A stretch of DNA of 64,000 bases from Mobula hypostoma (Eukaryota). A program made the position numbers and the translations under genes. The notes beneath the pieces were generated by a model, which saw nothing but the letters and a program-made list of their open reading frames with translations, was not told the DNA's origin and did not search any database. The stretch spans positions 115,322,001-115,386,000 of the forward strand of contig NC_086097.1 in the NCBI RefSeq assembly GCF_963921235.1, read 5' to 3'. Shown one piece after another: positions 11,125-23,799 of the stretch (position 1 is the stretch's first letter; the number at the start of each line of letters is the position of its first letter).

Positions 11125-13709
11125 GCCATTCAATCCTGGAATCATTTTCGTGAACCTCCTTTGAACCCTCTCCAGTTTCAGCAGATCCTTTTTAAGATAC
11201 CTGCTCACAATACTTCAAATGAGATCTCACCAGTGCTTTATAAAGTCTCAACATTACGTCCTTGCTTTTACATTCTAGTCCTCTTGAAATGAATGCTAAC
11301 ATTGTATTTGCTTTCCTCACCATAGACTCAACCTGCATATTAAACTTTAACGAATCCAGCACAAGGACTCCCAAGTCCCTTTGTGCCTCAGATTTTAATA
11401 TTCTCTCTCATTTAGAAAATAGTCAACCCTTTTATTTCTTCTACTAAAATGCATGATCATACATTTCCCGACACTGTATTTCATTTGTTATTTCCTTGCC
11501 CACTCTCCTAATCTGTAGAGTGGAGTGACATTTGCAATTTTCCAGTTTTTCAGAGCCATTCCAGAGTCTAGTGATTTTTGGAAGATCATTACTAAAGCCT
11601 CCACGATCCCTTCAGCCACCTCTTTCAGAACTCTGGGCCATGCACCATTTGGTCCAGGTGACCTATCAGTTTCTCTAGACCTCCTCTCTACTTATGGTAA
11701 CTTCACACACTTCATGCTCTCTGACACCTTGAACTTCCACCATACTGCTAATGTTTTTCCCAGTGAAGACTGACGCCAAATACTTATTCAGTTCATCTAC
11801 TGTTTCATTGTCCCCCATTAGTACCTCTCCAGCATTATTTTCCAGTGGTCCATATTCACTCTCACCTCTCTTTTACACTTTATCTATCTGAAGAAACTTT
11901 TGGTATCCTCTTTAAAAATATGGGCTAGTTTACTTGTGTGTTCTATCTTTACCTTACTGATGACTTTTTTAGTTGCCTTCTGTTAGTTTTTAAAAGCTTC
12001 CCAATCCTTTAACTTCCCACTAATTCTTTCTCTATTATATGCCCTCTCTTTGGCTTTTATGCTTGCTTTGCGTTCTCTTGTAAACCACAGTTATGTAATA
12101 TTTTTCTTTAGAATATTTCTTCCTCTTTGGGACATGTATATCCTGTGCCTTTTGTATTGCTTTCAGAAATTACAGCCATTGCTGCTCTGCTGCCATCCCT
12201 GCCAGTTCTCTTTCCCAATAAATACTGGCCAACTCTTCTCTCATGCCCCCATAAATCCGTTTACTCCACTGTAATACTGATACATCTGATTTCAGCTTCT
12301 CCTTCTCAAATTTCAGGGTGAATTTGATGATATTATAATCACTTACCTTAGGTGGTTCCTTTACCTTAATTTCTCTAATCAATTCTGGTTCATTGCATAA
12401 CACCCAGTCCAGAATAGCAGATCCTCCATTGGGCTCAACCATGAGCTGCTCTAAAACACCATCCATCTGGCACTGTAGGAATTCCCCCTCCTGTAATCCA
12501 GCACCAACCTGATCTTCTCTATCTACCCACGTATTGAAGTCCCCCATGACAATTGTAACATTGCCCTTTTGGCATGCATTTTCTATCTCCCATTGTCAAT
12601 TGTAGGGCACACATTTGGGGGTCCGTATACAACTGCATCACATTCTTTTAATCTTTTCAGTTCCTTAACTCTATCCACAATGATTCAACACCTTCCGACC
12701 CTATGTCCTCTCTTTCTAACGGTTTGATTTCATTTTTTACTCACAGGGCAGTGCCTTCTTCTCTATCTTTTCAATATGATGTGTATCCTTGGATATTAAG
12801 CTCCCAGTTATAATCTTTCAGGCATGATTTAGTGATGCCCACACCATCATACCTGCCAATCTGCAACGGTGCTGCAAGTTGATCTACCTTATTCCATATA
12901 CTACACACATTCAGATACAACGTCTTCAGTCCTATATTCACCCTTTTGAATTTTGTCAGCCTTTTACATTGCAATTCATCCTGCTGACTGCAATTTTGCC
13001 CTATCACCAATCTCTCCTCACTACACATCGCCACTGTTTATAAACCACATACCTCATCTTCAGCACTATTACCAGCCTTTCCTACAATATTTCTTGCATT
13101 TAAATTTAGGCAGCTCAGTTGCACTATGATCAACCTTTTGATTTCAAACTTTGTCTCAAGTATTACCTATACCTGCCTCCACAACCTCTGCACTAACTGT
13201 TCTGGAATTCTGTTTCCCATCCCGCTGCATCCCTAGTTTAAACCCCACCCTGCAGCATTAACAAATCTTCCCACTAGGATATTAGTCTCCCTCCTGTTCC
13301 AATGCAAACTGTTCCTCCTGTTCAGGTCTCACCTTCCCTGGAAGAGATCCCAGTGATCCAAAACTCTTATGCCCTCCTTTCTACACCAACTCCTTAGCCA
13401 CGCATTAAACTGTATATTCTTTCTAGTTCTGGCCTCACTAGCTTATGGCACAGGTAGCAATCCTGAGATCACAACTCTGGTGCTCCTGCCCTTTAACTTA
13501 GCACCTAACTCCCTGAACTCCCAATGCAGAACCTCATCACTCATCCTACCCATGTCATTTGTACCTACATGGACCATGACTTCTGGCTGTTCTCCCTCCT
13601 ACTTGAGAATGCTGAGGACTCAAATCGATATATCCCAGACCCTGGCACCCAGGAGGCAACAAACCATCCAGGATTCCTGTTGTTCGCCCACAGAACCTCC
13701 TGTTCATTC

Positions 13710-14020
13710 CCCGAAAACTTCGAGCCTCCGGCACCGAATACTGAGCACCATCTCTATCCAAATGATTCGACCTCAATCTCGGTCACCAGCAGCAGGCAAA
13801 GCCGGGGATTTTGGGACCTTCCCTTCGGAAGATTCTCGATCGCCCAGTAACAGCGGCAGCGAACTTGCGTTTCTGAAATTTCTCCAGATGTTCCTCTGTA
13901 CTTTCATGTCTGTCTCCATCAAATCAGAATTGTCCACGGCCCCTATTTAACGAATATGATATCATTTTCACCGGAGGGCTGCGCGCGCGCGCGCGGTGTG
14001 CTGCTATCTCCTCCTCCCGG
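13710..14020. repeat. Unclassified CpG-rich insert with (GC)n run
   Basis: Abrupt CpG-rich segment at the CR1 5' end, with gcgcgcgcgcgcgcg at ~13981; probably the 5' part of another repeat. Confidence 0.35.
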
Positions 14021-14138
14021 ATTTCACAATCCTGCCTGTCATCCTTCTGTCCTAGCTGAACAGATATAAAGAAGAGAAGGGAAAAACTTGAGGAGCTTTT
14101 CTTTCCTTTGCTTTCATTGAGTGAAGCTTCGAAGAGCT

Positions 14139-15700
14139 CAGAACCAGAATCAGAATCAGTTTTATTATCACCAGCATGTGACGTGAAATTTGTTAACTCA
14201 GCAACAGCAGTTCAATGCAATATATAGTCTAGCAGAGAGAGAGAAAATAAAAATAAAATAAAATGTAACAATAAATAAACAAGTAAATCAATTACATATA
14301 TTGAATAGATTATTAAAAATGTGCAAAAACAGAAACACTGTCTATTAAAAAAAAGTGAGGTAATGTTCAAAGCTTCAATGTCCATTTAGGAATCGTATGG
14401 CAGAAGGAAGAAGCTGTTCCTGAATCGCTGAGTGTGTGCCTTCAGGCTTCTGTATCTCCTACCTGATGGAGACAGTGAGAAAAAGGCATGCCCTGGGTGC
14501 TGGAAGTCATTAATAATGGACGCTGCCTTTCTGAGACACCGCTCCCTAAAGATGTCCTAGGTACTTTGTAGGCTAGTGCCCAAGATGGAGCTGACTAGAT
14601 TTACAACCTTTCTTTTGGTCCTGTGCAGTAGTCCCTCCATACCAGACAGTGATGCAGCCTGTCAGAATGCTCTCCGTGGTACAAATGCAGAAGCTTTTGA
14701 GTGTATTTGTTGACATGCCAAATCTCTTCAAACTCCTAATAAAGTATAGCTGCTATCTTTCCTGCTTTATGACTACATCAATGTGTTGGGACCAGGTTAG
14801 ATCCTCAGAGACCTTGACACCCGGGAATTTGAAGCTGCTCACTCTCTCCACTTCTGATCCCTCTATGAGGATTGGTATGTGTTCCTTCATCTTACCCTTC
14901 CTGAAGTCCACAATCAACTCTTTCATCTTACTGATGTTGAGTGCCAGGTTGTTGTTGCAGCACCATAGCACAAGTTGGCATATCTCACTCCTGTACGCTG
15001 TCTCGTCACCACCTGAGATTCTACCAACAATGGTTGTATCATCAGCAAATTTGTAGATGGTATTGGAGCTATGCCTAGCCACACAGTCATGTGTATACAG
15101 AGAGTAAAGCAATGGGCTAAGCACACACCCGAGGTGTGCCTGTGTTGATCGTCAACGAGGAAGATATGTTATCACCAATCCACACAGACTGTGGTCTTCC
15201 AGTTAGGAAGTCGAGGATCCAATTGCAGAGGGAGGTACAGAGGCCCAGGTTCTGCACCTTCTCAATCAGGATTAAGGGAATAATGGTATTAAATGCTGAG
15301 CTATAGTCGATGAACAGCATCCTGATGTAGGCGTTTGTGTTGTCTAGGTGGTCTAAAGCTATGTGAAGAGCCATGGAGATTGCATCTGCTGTTGACCTAT
15401 TGTGAAGATAGGCAAATTGCAATGGGTCCAGGTCCTTGCTGAGGCAGGAGTTCAGTCTGGTCATAACCAACTTCTCAAAGCATTTCATCACTGTCGATAT
15501 GAGTGCTACCAGGTGATAATCGTTAAGGCAGCCCATGTTATTCTTCTTTGGCACTGGTATAATTGTTGTCTTTTTGAAGCAAGTGGGAACTTCTGCCTGT
15601 AGCAGTGAGAGGTTGAAAATGTCCTTGAATATTCCCGCTAGTTGGTTGGCACAGGTTTTCAGCGCCTTACCAGGTACTCCATCGGGACCTTCTGCCCTAA
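14139..15700 (-). mobile_element. Rex1/Babar LINE, 5'-truncated (RT and 3'UTR)
   Basis: [67 protein letters not shown]; (attctg)n tail. Confidence 0.93.
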
Positions 15701-15899
15701 GGCCTTTAGGTCACCACTCAGACAATGGCCACTGTCCTTGCCCTTGACTTCCTTTAGTTTGCTGTTACTAATCAATCCCAAATTTCAATTGGTCACTGGT
15801 CAAAGATCTATTATGCTGCTGTGATCCGCTCCTGCCTTCGATCCTTGTGCAGTGGACCTGATTGAAGTCCCTTCCTCTCCAAACTTGTAATGCTATGGT

Positions 15900-16480
15900 A
15901 GGGTCTCAGAAAGGTTGTTGATGGATGGGGAGGTTCATTGAAAATGCTAAGGCTCCTGCATATGCAGCACTACCTTGGATGAGTGGAAGTGAGACCCTGA
16001 TGATCCTCTTTGCAGTCCTTACAACCCTTTGTAGGGTCTTGCAGTGTCTTGCAAATCCCATAGCAGACAGAAATGCAGCTACTCAGGACACTCTCACTGG
16101 TGCTCCTGTAAATATTGGTTAGAATGGGGTGGAGGTAAGCCTCACTCACCTCAATCTCCTCAGGAGGTGGAGATCACGCTGTGCTTTCTTGACCAAAGAG
16201 GTGATACTGAGGAACCAAATCAGGTACTCTGCTACGTGCACTCCCAGAGAGTCAATTCTGCTAACTCTTTCCATGGAAGAGCAGTCTATGTGCAATGAGG
16301 AATGGTCAGCCTGCACCTTTCTAAAGTCCCCGATCATCTCTTCAGTCTTGTCCATATTAAGACTCAACTTGTGGTGCTCACTCCATTTTACCAGCTGCTC
16401 TGCCTCCTCTCTGTGCATTGTCTTGTCGTTGATGTTGATGCGGCCAACCACTGTTGTGTCATAGTGGAACTTGATGATTC
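15900..16480 (-). mobile_element. Rex1/Babar RT C-terminal fragment, degenerate
   Basis: LVKWSEHHKLSLNMDKTEEMIGDFRK..KKAQRDLHLLRRLR. Confidence 0.8.
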
Positions 16481-17009
16481 CATTTGCAGTGTATCTAACA
16501 GTACAGTTGTGTTATGTTAGTGCCAAAAGTGTGGCAATACTTGTGGTTTGCTCAGCACAATCCTGGGTCCGTTGTTGTTTGACGCAAATGATGCATTTCA
16601 TTGTATATTTTGATGTACATATGACAAATAAAGTTAATACTTACCTTTATACCTGAATCCTTCAATGTGAACTGGCAGACGTTCCCTTCTTTTAACCATG
16701 TCTATTTTAATGGCTACAAAAGCATAGTTTCATGTACTAATCTAGGCCCTGAATTTACCTGCAGTCATAAAAGAATGCAGATCTTTGGAATCTGGAGGAT
16801 AAAAAAACAAACTGTTAGAGGAACTTAGCCAGTTAGCCAGCATCTGTGGAAGGAAATGGACAGTTGATGTTTCCGGTCAAGACCCTTCATCTAAACTTTC
16901 AGTTTGATTTGGTCTAGAAGAAGTGACTATCTTGACCCAAAATCTTGACTGTCCAGTTCATTCCACTGCCTGGTCCATTGACTTGCTACAGCAATTTGTT
17001 TTATTTTTC

Positions 17010-17340
17010 TAAATTCAAAGTTCAAAATACTTCGAAGTTCAAAGTAGATTTATTATCAAAATAGTACAGTATATGGCATAATAGACTACCCTTAGACTCA
17101 TTTTCTTGCAGGCATTCACAGAAGAACAATGAAATACGATGGAATCAATGGAAAACTACACACAGAGACTGACAAACAACCAACGTGTAAAAGAAGACAA
17201 GTTGCAAATACAAAGAAAATAAGTAATAATAAACAAATAATTGTTGTACATACACACATATATACTATCGAGAACAATAGTTGTAGAATCCATAGGGTGG
17301 GGAATTCGTTCAGTGTTGAGGTGAGTAAAGTTATCCATCT
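17010..17340 (-). mobile_element. Rex/Babar-type 3'UTR fragment
   Basis: Same tail family as 8340-8645 (ttcaaagtagatttattatcaaa on +). Confidence 0.6.
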
Positions 17341-17407
17341 ACATTAAATTCAGTTTTTGAGAGTAATACTTAATACTTTAAGTTAATATTTTTAAATACT
17401 TTTCAGG

Positions 17408-18806
17408 TTCTAAGAGTAAACCTGGCAATTATCGGCCTGTGAGTTTGGCGTCAGTGGTGGGTAAATTGATGGAAAGTATTCTTAGAGATGGTATATATAA
17501 TTTTCTGGATAGACAGGGTCTGATTAGGAGCAGTCAACATGGATCTGTGTGTGGAAAGTCATGTTTGACAAATCTTATTGAATTTTTTGGTGAGAGTTAC
17601 TAAGAAAGTAGACGAGGGTAAAATGGTGGATGTTGTCTATATGGAGTTCAGTAAGGCCTTTGACAAGGTTTCACACGGAAGGTTAGTTAGGAAGGTTCAA
17701 TCGTTAGGCATTAATATGGAAGTAGTAAAATGGATTCAGCAGTGGCTAGATGGGAGACACCAGAGAGTAGTGGTGGATAACTGTGTGTCAGATTGGAGGA
17801 CGGTGTGTAGTGGTGTGCCTCAAGGATCTGTACTGGGTCCAATGTTGTTTGTAATATATATTAATGATCTAGATGATGGGGTGGTAAATTGGATCAGTAA
17901 GTATGCAGATAATACTAAGATAGGTGGTGTTGTGGATGCTGAGACAGGTTTTCAAACCTTGCAGAGAGATTTAGGACAGTTAGAAGAGTGGGCTGAAAGA
18001 TGGCAGATGGAGTTTAATGCTGAAAAATGTGAGGTGCTACCTTTTGGTAGAACTAATCAAAATAGGACATACATGGTAAATGGTAGGGCATTGAAAAATG
18101 CTTTAGAACAGAGGGATCTAGGAATAATGGTGCATAGTTCCCTGAAGATGGAATCTCATGTGGATAGGGTGGTGAAGAAAGCTTTTGGTTTGCTGGTCTT
18201 TATTAATCAGAGCATTGAGTATAGGAGTTGGGATGTAATGTTGAATTTGTATAAGGCATTGGTAAGGCCAAATCTGGAGTATTGTATACAGTTCTGGTCA
18301 CCGAATTATAGGAAGGATGTCAATAAAATTGAGAGAGTACAGATGAGGTTTACTAAAATGTTGCCTGGGTTACAGAGAAAGGTTGAACAAGTGAGGTCTT
18401 TATTCTTTGGAGCATAGAAGGATGAGGGGAGACTTGACAGAGGTGTTTAAAATTACGAGGGTGATTGATAGAGTTGACGTGTTTAGACTTTTTCCATTGA
18501 GAGTGGGGAAGATTCAAACAAGAGGGCATGGGTTGAGAATTAGAGGACAAAAGTTTAGGGGTAACATGAGGGAGAACTTCTTTACTCAGAGAGTGGTAGC
18601 TGTGTGGAATGAGCTTCCAGCAGAAGTGGTTGAGGCATGTTCTATGTTGTCGTTTAAAGTTAAATTGGACAGATATATGGACAGGAAAGGAATGGAAGGT
18701 TATGGGCTGAGTGCAGGTCGGAGGGAATAGGATAGGTTAAGAGTTCGGCATGGACTAGAAGGGCCGAGATGGCCTGTTTCCATGCTGTAATTGTTATATG
18801 GTTATA
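17408..18806 (+). mobile_element. CR1 LINE, 5'-truncated RT and 3' end
   Basis: FSKAFDKVSH, SGVPQGSVLGP.LFVIYINDL, SKYADNTK, LYKALVRPNLEYC.QFWSP, TRGH, FFTQRVV..WNELP; (gttatatg) tail. Confidence 0.95.
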
Positions 18807-20044
18807 TTAGTAACATTAATGAAGCTATTGACGTTCGCTGCTTTTGCTCGGTGAAACTGACAGCTACCTCAGGAATTTTGAGAACCCCAGTATTGGTGAG
18901 AGCGATCCATCTTGCCTCCTTACACTGCCCTACTTATAGCCTTCGCATCACAGTCAGCTGAAATTGAATAAAATGATGTAAGAGTACCCCTATAAAATAT
19001 AATGAATATTTAATTTTTACTATATCAAATTATTTGAATTTTCATAGACATGCTTAACCATTAAGACCACCTAGGAAGCAATCAGAAAAAAACTTATGTC
19101 ATGTAAACATTGGAATTTTCCAGGAAATTTCAAAACATAAGGAATTTAAAACTGAATAAGGCTATCAGGAAAAGTTAATGATATTTCCATTTTCAAAGGA
19201 ATATGGTAAAATTAAATATTACCTGTTTGTGAGAATTCTTTAATATGAATAACATACACAAAGTGTTGGAGGAATTCATCTATGGAGAGGAATAAACAGT
19301 CGATGTTTCAGGCTGAGACCTTCATCAGGTTGTGTATGTGTGTTAATCAGCATTTCCAGCAACTGCAGAATCCCTTGTGTCTTCCGATATTAATATCTGT
19401 TTTTGCAACTTGACTTGATGATATCCTAAATGCAGAGTGTTATCCCATGTCAACACACCAAAGAACTTCTTAGTGCTAAAAGTTGCTAACTTCTCACCAC
19501 ATATCCTCTGGTCCTTTAAAAGGGAACATGTGTCAAAGTCAGCAAGCTTGTCATTCCAAGTTTGCCTACACTGGGAAGAGAAAGTTAAATTAACAAGCTA
19601 AATGAAATCTTATCCTGGGTTGGTGCTCTTCAATAAATATTGCCAAAAACTATTATTTATATCTCTTGAACTTGTAGATTCTCAGAATGCAGGAGATTAG
19701 AATTTATGGACAGTATGAATCATAAGATATCCTGAGAATGGTTTCTGTTAAAGTCGATGCCAGGTTACCAGGCAACAGAGCTGATTCAGGGTAATTCATC
19801 ATCAAATTCAAATACCAGAGCATGTGAAAGGCATTATTATAATTCCAAAAATATTTACCTTCCACTGAATGTTCTTACTGATGATTACCATTTGTGTATA
19901 CTCCTTATTAGAGTCACAGAAGAAGACCTGATACCTGATAATTTAATCAGTTTGAGTATAATTATACCCATTTTTTGCTGTTTTGTGGAAGGATCTGATA
20001 GATTTGATTAAAAAATAAAGCTATCGTAATTAATTTTAAGAAAA

Positions 20045-20960
20045 CAGACATATGTTGTGTTTAGCAAGACCTTTGCCGAAGTTCTGCATGGGAAGCTGAT
20101 TAAGAAGTTCAGTTACTTGGAACTCAGGCTGAGGTAGTAAATTGGATTCAACATTGGCTTTGTGGGAGAAGCCAACTCTGGGTGATAGTAAATGGTTCTC
20201 TGACTGGAGGCCTGTGACTAGTGGTGTGCTACAGCGATCAGTGCTGGGTCCATTGCTGTTTGTCAGCTATATCAATGATCTGGATGATAACTTGGTAAAT
20301 TGGATCAGAGAATTTGTGGACGATACCAAGATTAGGGGTATAATGGAGAGCGAGGAAGTCCATCAAAGCTTGCAGCAGGATCTGGGCCAGCTAGAAAAAT
20401 GGGCTGAAAAATTGGCGGATGGAATTGAATGCAAACAAGTAGGAGGTATTGCAATTTGGGAGGACAAACCAGGGTAGGACTCAGTGGATGGTAGGTCACT
20501 GAGGAGTGCAGTTGAACCAAGAGATTTGGGAATACAGGTCTGTATTTCCTTGACAGTGGTATCGAAGGTAAATAGGGTCATAAAGACAGCTTTTGGCATA
20601 TTAGAGCTCAGAATAATAAGAGGAGATTTGATAGATGTATACAAAACCATAAGGGGTAAAGGTAGGGTAAATACAAGCAGTCTTTTTCCTCTGAGGTCAT
20701 AGGTTAAGGGTGAAACGTGAAATATTTAAGGGGAACCTGAGGGATAAGTTTTTCTCTCAGAGGGTGGTGAGAGCATGGAACGAGCTGCCAGCAGCAGTGG
20801 TGGATGTGGGTTCTATTACAACATTCAAGAGAAATTTGGGAAGGGAGGGGTATGGATCCTCCAGGTGCCAGTCGATGGGACTAGGTAGAATAACAGTTGG
20901 GCATAGACTAGACAGGCTGAGGGGCTTGTTTCTGTGCTACAATGCTTTATGACTCTATTA
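20045..20960 (+). mobile_element. CR1 LINE fragment, degenerate with internal deletion
   Basis: WRPVTSGVLQRSVLGPLLFVSYINDLD..FVDDTK; FFSQRVVRAWNELP. Confidence 0.88.
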
Positions 20961-21269
20961 TTCAATGACTTTACATTAATTCAGTACAGCATAGGTATTT
21001 GTGCCAAACTGTGTTCATTACATTAAAACAAGTGAAAGCATTTAAGAAGCATATTGTTTAAGAATTTTATCTTTTATGTTTAAAGATATATATTGATTTT
21101 TTTTTCTTCACCCACCTGGATTGATGAATAAAACAGTGCATTATCACGAACATATTTAATGCCGCTATTTACTGTGGGCAATGATCGGTTTTCATCTGTG
21201 ATTTGTTTGGAGTACGGCAGTTCACAGATAAAAGAATTGGCTAAGTCCTTTGGGGGAAAAAATCCAGAA

Positions 21270-21500
21270 AACAGAGGTGCAAAGGGACCTGGGATTCCCA
21301 AAAGGTTAACTTGCAGGTTGGGTCGACAGTAAGGAAGTCAAATGCAGTGTGAACATTAATTTCAAGGGGACTAAAATGAAAAGCAGGGATGTAATGCTGA
21401 GGCTTTGTAAGGCATTAGTCAAACCACACTCAAAGTATTGTGAACAGGTTTATACCCCATATCTAAGAAAGGGTATGCTGGCTTTGGAGATGGTTCAGGG
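21270..21500 (+). mobile_element. CR1 RT fragment
   Basis: KSRDVMLRLCKALVKPHSKYCEQ. Confidence 0.75.
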
Positions 21501-21592
21501 GAACTATGTATATAACCTAATGTCTATGTACATAATCTAATGTCTATGTATATGAACTAATCTAGGTATTTATATTTAATGTGTTTTTTTTA

Positions 21593-22300
21593 TGTAAGGG
21601 GGTTTCGATTTTTATGTTACTGCGGAAGCTAATTAAAATGGCGTCTTTGTTATGTTAATCTGGGGAATACGGCTTTGTTGTCTTAAACGCTGAGAAAGTT
21701 TGCGCTAGCAGCTTGTTGTGGTTTAGAGGGTGATAAGAAATACGTTATTAACCAATTGGGATACTTGTTATGGTTTTGGGGTATTTGAAGATACTGTTTG
21801 CGAGGGGGTTTTGGGGGCAGAAGGCGGGAGAGCGAGACAGAGGATGGACGAGGTGCTGTGAGCCCGCTAACGGGGTCGGACCCCTAGCGGGACGTTCGGC
21901 AAGGAGATGGAGACGGATTTGTGTGGAGCGTCTGGTCGACCACCGTTGTTGGTCCCAGGCGGTCGGTTGAGGTGGTCCGAGGGGGTCGCAGGGTGAAGAA
22001 GAAGGACGTTGAGCTCCAACGGTTTTGTGCATGAAGAGATTGAACTTTGATAAGTGTGGCGCCTTTTATTTTCCTTTTATATTTTATTCTCTTTTAATTA
22101 TATAGTTTAATTATATATTCCAGTAATATCTATAAACTGTAAATCATTTAATTGCATCTGGTGTATTGTCTGTTATTTGGGCGGGGTGGGGTACATCACA
22201 CAGCATCCACACAAACAAGTTATCCAGTTTGGCGGGGCCGAGGCTATTTCCCTAGACGACAGCGAGCCGAGCGACCCTGAGGGTGGCCAGGGGGTCTACA
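21593..22300 (+). repeat. 5' LTR (708 bp)
   Basis: TGTAAGGGGG..GGTCTACA; highly similar to 25003-25700. Confidence 0.95.
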
Positions 22301-22322
22301 TTGTAGAGGCTTTGTCCGGGAT
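22301..22322 (+). promoter_or_regulatory. Primer binding site, tRNA-Pro-like (degenerate)
   Basis: ttgtagaggctttgtccgggat directly after the LTR versus tRNA-Pro complement TGGGGGCTCGTCCGGGAT. Confidence 0.65.
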
Positions 22323-22499
22323 GCTTGAGTCTGTTGGTATGCTGTGTGGGTGCCCTGTTTAAATCTGTAATGTGTGTCTCTGTGGGTTATTTGCTGGTGA
22401 TTGCTGTATGCGTGGTGGGTGTGGTCTTTGTTCGAGTTCAGGCTAGCATTGATGAGTTGGAGGTGGCACTCGGGACTGTCCATGCAGTTGGGAGAGAGA

Positions 22500-22900
22500 G
22501 GAAAGAGTGGTCTGATTTGGAGGTAGAGTCTGCGAATAAATGTTCTAGCTCTGGCAGGCTCCGCCTGGCACTTGGGATAGTGTCCACCCCAAGAGGGGCG
22601 GAGACTAGCGAGACGTGGGCGGAGCGGATCTCTCAGTTGTTAGATGAGTGGCAGTGCTAGGTTGAGGGAGAGTGACAGGGATTGGTTGAAAGTTTAAGTA
22701 GGCGGGCTGGTGATGGTGTTAGAGCTGTCAGGTTCACTTACACCGTAGTGACAGCTGTCAGTTATTTGAAAGAGGGGGGAAAGTTTTCAGTGTGTCTCCT
22801 TTGGCGAGGAGGGTGGCTAAATTGCTTGCAGTGCCAGGGGGATCATTTCAGGGGATCAGTTGTTCAGCTGATCAGAGAGGTGTCGGGAAACTTAGTGGAG
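22500..22900 (+). pseudogene. Degenerate PNMA-type Gypsy gag
   Basis: [49 protein letters not shown]; eroded zinc knuckle [10 protein letters not shown] followed by SGN. Confidence 0.75.
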
Positions 22901-23754
22901 GCCCAGTGGGGGAACGGCCTGAGGTTTCTGGGGAAGCACGTTCCCAGCAATGTACCAATGAACTTCCGAAAGGAAAAGATCCTATTCCTGAAGGCTTAGA
23001 GGGGCCACGCCCCAGGGTGTTGCTATGGATAGAGGGAAGCGATGCTAAAGCCATCCTCGACCCCGGGGCGCAGGTCAAGTTGTTGTACAGTTCGTTTTAC
23101 AACCGGTGTCTGAAGCATTTATCCTTGACAACCGCAAGGGCACCGGAGACTTTGGGTACTAGTGGCAGTAGTTATCCAGAAGACGATGATTGGTTAATGA
23201 CCCTGGAGTTCATGGAGGCATTTTCTGGGCACCCAGCATGTCGAGTTGCTTCTGAGGACGTGTGTAGCAGCCTTGAACCAGTACCGAATTTAAACAAGAC
23301 CCAGCGGTGGTACGGCCTGGGGAAAGTAGCTGAGGGTGAGACCCTCTTAGTAGATGCTCTGAACTACCACAAGGGAGGGGAGTTGACCACTGAAGACACC
23401 TCAGTGAGAGAGAGGTTGCAGCAACTAGACCCTAGCGGCGTGGAAGATGAAGGCAGCGTGTGTGTGGATTATGCGATGTGGTTTAATGTGCTGCATCTGA
23501 GGGGTGGATGTTGCCAGATCCTGAGGAGTACGGCTGTTGAGCCGAAGATGGCCTTTACTCGTTCCCTAGGATTCTTCCGATCTGAAAAGATGCCCAAGGG
23601 CATATCCGGAGCCCCTGCATCCTTCCCGCGGGGCATGAGGAAGACCATGGGGGAAGTGAAGATGTGTGGAGTTTTGACGTATGTGGATGACCGCCTAGAG
23701 CTTGGATTCGCCTGGGGGGACTATGAGGCGAGGCGAGTGGCTGAGCCCGGGTGA
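22792..23754 (+). pseudogene. Internally deleted Gypsy pol (protease and RT remnants)
   Basis: [16 protein letters not shown] (protease DTG site changed to DPG); [32 protein letters not shown]. Confidence 0.85.
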
Positions 23755-23799
23755 CCGAAGCGAAGTGTCAAATGTGGAGGAGTTTTTGGCCGGAGGATT

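Larger units (their letters stand above)
9475..13705 (-). mobile_element. Near full-length degenerate CR1 LINE interrupted by a Penelope element
   Basis: ORF1 esterase remnant near 13300-13700; LKTLYLNVCSIWNK, MGDFN..ILDWVLCNEP, KANTMLAFISRG..LRLYKALVR, LERVQRRFTKMIPG; CR1 3' end near 9480. Confidence 0.9.

Noticed and set aside
10243..11208. 321-aa ORF as a novel RT/GIY-YIG fusion gene
   Set aside because: Chance in-frame junction of a CR1 remnant (first ~28 aa) with the inserted, truncated Penelope ORF
10378..11292. 304-aa plus-strand ORF
   Set aside because: Antisense shadow of the Penelope ORF; no recognisable motifs
18880..18975. Possible minus-strand exon after a tttcag acceptor
   Set aside because: Stops in all three frames; a non-coding exon cannot be supported without transcripts
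21080..21301. Possible minus-strand exon ending at CAG/GTGGGT near 21116
   Set aside because: Peptide not recognisable and no partner exons or clear acceptor found
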